A DNA stretch of 64,000 nt from a virus: the IMG/VR virus record IMGVR_UViG_3300027759_000075, positions 1 to 64,000 of that record, one strand, 5' to 3'. A program made the position numbers and the translations under genes. Position 1 is the stretch's first letter, and each line of letters begins with the position of its first letter. Of this stretch, positions 61,022 to 64,000 are shown piece by piece. The notes below the pieces were generated by a model. The model saw nothing but the letters and a program-made list of their open reading frames with translations, was not told the DNA's origin and did not search any database.

Positions 61022-61695
61022 TACCAACCTGCCTTAGTTAGTATATCTCGAGCGTATTCTTGATCTGCTGGATAGTCTCGAAATTTCTTCATCCAAAAAT
61101 CTGCATCAATGTAGGGCCATATCATAGAGACCTGCGTGGCGTCTAACTCTGCTAGGAATTTTTGTCCTGCGGCACTATTGTAGATAATCCATGGACTGAT
61201 ACGTCCTGCGGTCACAGCATAGACCATGGCATTGGTGTTGCCATACCGTAAGCAATCTTCTGCAGGGTGACCGTGTTGTTCACTCCAGTCTATACCAAAC
61301 TCCATGGCACGGGCTAGTGCATCATTTACATTTTCCACACGCAAATAGTCTGTAAGATATTCAGTGTAGACGCTATCCTTACACCAGTGATCGATTTTTT
61401 TATTTTGTTTCAGTACCCACTCAGTAAATCGCGCTGGATTGATAGCTCGAACGTCTACACAATAACGACCAAACTTTACAAAAGCACGATAGTAAGGGCT
61501 TTCGCAAAAGTCATCATAAGTTTTTAGTTTGGCGCTGCCTTGTGTAAGTTCGTAAAATTTTATGTAAGCGTGAAACCCTAGACGTACTCCGGCTTCGTCT
61601 TTTTGCTGACGACGACGACGAGGTTCACATGAATGCACTGCCAGACTAGATTCTTTAATAAAATCTTTCTTACAATACTGGCAGGTATATTTCAT
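61021..61695 (-). CDS. Zn-finger hypothetical protein
   Basis: CQYC..HSC. Confidence 0.65.
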   Translation of the reverse strand: MKYTCQYCKKDFIKESSLAVHSCEPRRRRQQKDEAGVRLGFHAYIKFYELTQGSAKLKTYDDFCESPYYRAFVKFGRYCVDVRAINPARFTEWVLKQNKKIDHWCKDSVYTEYLTDYLRVENVNDALARAMEFGIDWSEQHGHPAEDCLRYGNTNAMVYAVTAGRISPWIIYNSAAGQKFLAELDATQVSMIWPYIDADFWMKKFRDYPADQEYARDILTKAGW

Positions 61696-62144
61696 TTTTT
61701 AACTTCTTGCCCTAGCTGTTTAAGGTAAGCATCAATGTCTTTTTTGGTATTGATCTTGGCCATTAGTTCCACTTCGTCATCTTTTAAATGTGGGAACAAT
61801 TCAACAATTTGTTTTCGAATACCACTGGCGCCGGCTTCTTTTTTCTTAGGAGCAATCCATTGATGTCGTTGTGTACCTAGGCCTGGGCTCACTGCTGTAG
61901 CACATAACCATTGCAGTTTAGGATGACGATTAATTGCAAAAAAATGTTTGTTGACATAGTGATTACTACTTTGCAAATAATAATGTTGTAACTCTGCACT
62001 GCCTTGGATACTTGAGCCCCAGCGTATCATTAGGAAGTTGCTGAACTTCTTGCGCTCTTCGTCTGTAAGGCTGGAATAAAAATCTCGATCTTTGCGATCA
62101 AAGCACATCATTTCATTTTGTATTGACAGTTTATCCACTACCAA
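61692..62144 (-). CDS. Clamp-loader small subunit (gp62)-like
   Basis: F.MIRW.S..N..HP.LQW..W pattern; replication context. Confidence 0.5.
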   Translation of the reverse strand: MVVDKLSIQNEMMCFDRKDRDFYSSLTDEERKKFSNFLMIRWGSSIQGSAELQHYYLQSSNHYVNKHFFAINRHPKLQWLCATAVSPGLGTQRHQWIAPKKKEAGASGIRKQIVELFPHLKDDEVELMAKINTKKDIDAYLKQLGQEVKK

Positions 62145-62638
62145 GCCTGATTGTAATTTACCACTTCACAGTTGCGACTAATGTCCTTGACAAAATAAAC
62201 ACAGTCAGGCTTTTCACCAATGCCTAATGGTACACACAACATTTGACCGTTTTTTAATTTAGGAGCATACCATGTTACTTCTTGATATACATCAATAATC
62301 TCAATATCTAGAAAACTAGGACGGAAACTGCTAAGAGGGTTGAATTGAAATGCTTTAAATCCGCGATCATTAATACTGGTTAATGGCAATACTTCCAGGT
62401 CTCCTAGATCAGGTTCACCTATGAGTATTTGCCAGTCCACAGGCATACGCACTCTATGTTCGCCAACACGTAAAACTAGTGCGGGTGCTGTGAAACTTTC
62501 TAAAAAGATTAAGGGAATGTAATGATAGTCTGGGTCTTTAGGATCGCTATTATCAAATATGGCAAACCGCATGTCATCCACTTCCTCTGGTAGATGATCC
62601 AAATCAAATGGTGTGTTATCTAATGTAAGTATACGCAT
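62138..62638 (-). CDS. Hypothetical protein
   Basis: Intact ORF with TATAAT 6 nt upstream. Confidence 0.65.
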   Translation of the reverse strand: MRILTLDNTPFDLDHLPEEVDDMRFAIFDNSDPKDPDYHYIPLIFLESFTAPALVLRVGEHRVRMPVDWQILIGEPDLGDLEVLPLTSINDRGFKAFQFNPLSSFRPSFLDIEIIDVYQEVTWYAPKLKNGQMLCVPLGIGEKPDCVYFVKDISRNCEVVNYNQAW

Positions 62639-62675
62639 GAATTTATTATAACATAGTTTGTAGTAGATGCAACCT

Positions 62676-64000
62676 TTATTTCCATTCTAGTTTTTCTTGA
62701 GTGAATGGATAATTAGCTTCTCGATAAAAAACTTTGCGTTTGGTTAGATGTCTTTTCGCAAATTTGCAGGTGCTGGTTACGTCCCAGATTTGCACATGAT
62801 CTTTATCTTCAGCTTTTCGTATTCCGCGGCCGATCGACTGGATGACCCGGACAAAACTCTTGCCAGGTTCGACAAGAACAAGATTAAAAATCCTAGGCAA
62901 ATTAATACCCACAGCAGCAACACCATAGGTAGCCACAATGATTTTTCCAGTACTAGTTGCCACTTCGTCATATTCATCTTGTCGATCCTTTGCTTTTGTA
63001 GCTCCACTAACAAACACTGCCTGATCGCCTAACAAGTCCACTAAGGCATGACCGCCTGCTACACGATCTACTAACACCAGAGTATTACCTGTGGCATTAA
63101 CCTGTGCTATCAGGTGTGCTATGGTTTTAAGTCTGTCTGGCTCTTCTAGTAGGAACTTTAGTTCACTTTGATAGTTAGAGAACTCTGCATGATCAACTAA
63201 CTGTACCACATTCACGTGGCATTGCGCTAGTACACCACGATCCTGTAACTCACTGGCACTGAGCTGATTAATTACCGGACCAAGACTACACTTTAAGGCT
63301 TGAAATTCAAAGGGTTCTTTAGGTATGGTTCCTGTGAGTCCCCAACGCAATGGTATACGACTCATTACACCTGTAAGCAAACTTTTTAATGCATCAGCTT
63401 TGGCCATATGCACTTCGTCAACAATAACGCACACAACATCTTCAAGAAACTCGCCAATAGTAACATCACCTACAGAGTTTTTTGTATTCTTCAATAACAC
63501 ATTCAAACTTTGCCATGTACATATAGTATGCTGGCGGCCCCATTCCTTACGATCGCCAAAGTAAACACCAACATCCTGTTGCATGTTGATATAGTCTTTT
63601 TCTGTTTGTGTTACTAGACTCTTGTTGGGCACAATAACAATGGTGCGACCATATGGTGCCACTGCATTACTGAGTGAGGCTGTGATTACAGTCTTGCCTG
63701 CGCCAGTGGCGATCTCCTGGATACATTGTGGGTTCTCAAGGAAGTTGTTGATGATCTCAACTTGATAGTCGCGCAACTCCATTGGTTTACCTTCTAATGG
63801 ATGTCCTTTTCCCCACACAATATGACTGAATGTTTTTTCTGTCACTTTCTCAAAAGTAAATGTCGTAGAATAATCTCGTTGGTCATCTAAGTCAATGTCA
63901 TAGTTAAACTTTTCAAGTATAGGAATAATCTCCGGTAGCAAGTTTACATAAGTGCTACCACCCAGTTGGAAGTAACTTACCTTGCCGTCCCATCGTCCAA
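62676..64000 (-). CDS. uvsW: UvsW-like SF2 helicase (5' truncated)
   Basis: RDYQ, ATGAGKT, DEVH, TGT, QSIGRGIR. Confidence 0.92.
   Translation of the reverse strand, partial: GRWDGKVSYFQLGGSTYVNLLPEIIPILEKFNYDIDLDDQRDYSTTFTFEKVTEKTFSHIVWGKGHPLEGKPMELRDYQVEIINNFLENPQCIQEIATGAGKTVITASLSNAVAPYGRTIVIVPNKSLVTQTEKDYINMQQDVGVYFGDRKEWGRQHTICTWQSLNVLLKNTKNSVGDVTIGEFLEDVVCVIVDEVHMAKADALKSLLTGVMSRIPLRWGLTGTIPKEPFEFQALKCSLGPVINQLSASELQDRGVLAQCHVNVVQLVDHAEFSNYQSELKFLLEEPDRLKTIAHLIAQVNATGNTLVLVDRVAGGHALVDLLGDQAVFVSGATKAKDRQDEYDEVATSTGKIIVATYGVAAVGINLPRIFNLVLVEPGKSFVRVIQSIGRGIRKAEDKDHVQIWDVTSTCKFAKRHLTKRKVFYREANYPFTQEKLEWK

Overview
64 kb from a large lytic, T4-like (myovirus-type) dsDNA phage, probably infecting a freshwater Betaproteobacterium (inferred from the GroEL, IscU, desaturase and DUF3563-like sequences). 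It uses the standard genetic code, is densely coding and lies mostly on the minus strand. It holds replication genes (UvsW, gp62-like, a 192-aa mini-DnaE, primase, gp41 helicase, ligase, exonuclease, nrdAB/Grx), head and tail genes (tail fibre, LamG, PAAR, tailspike, proteins with T4-type xxE propeptides), a protein quality-control set (ClpP, ClpX, ClpS, Hsp20, GroES/EL, YccA), ribosomal protein bS21, IscU/IscA, UvsE, a desaturase, an amidinotransferase, two radical SAM enzymes, five free-standing homing endonucleases and two islands of small early genes behind a repeated sigma70 promoter cassette. I found no tRNA, rRNA or CRISPR array. Most interesting: (1) a candidate virion-delivered enzyme cargo, including a Pol-beta nucleotidyltransferase fused to an RNA-ligase-like domain and a GNAT with a near-perfect T4 capsid-targeting sequence; (2) a duplicated, covarying leader hairpin before hsp20 and before an 8-codon mini-ORF upstream of groES; (3) the miniature C-family polymerase; (4) a phasin/DUF3563/GNAT/desaturase module; (5) repeated leaderless promoter geometry in a phage that also carries bS21. 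All family calls are by eye from motifs; no database search was run.
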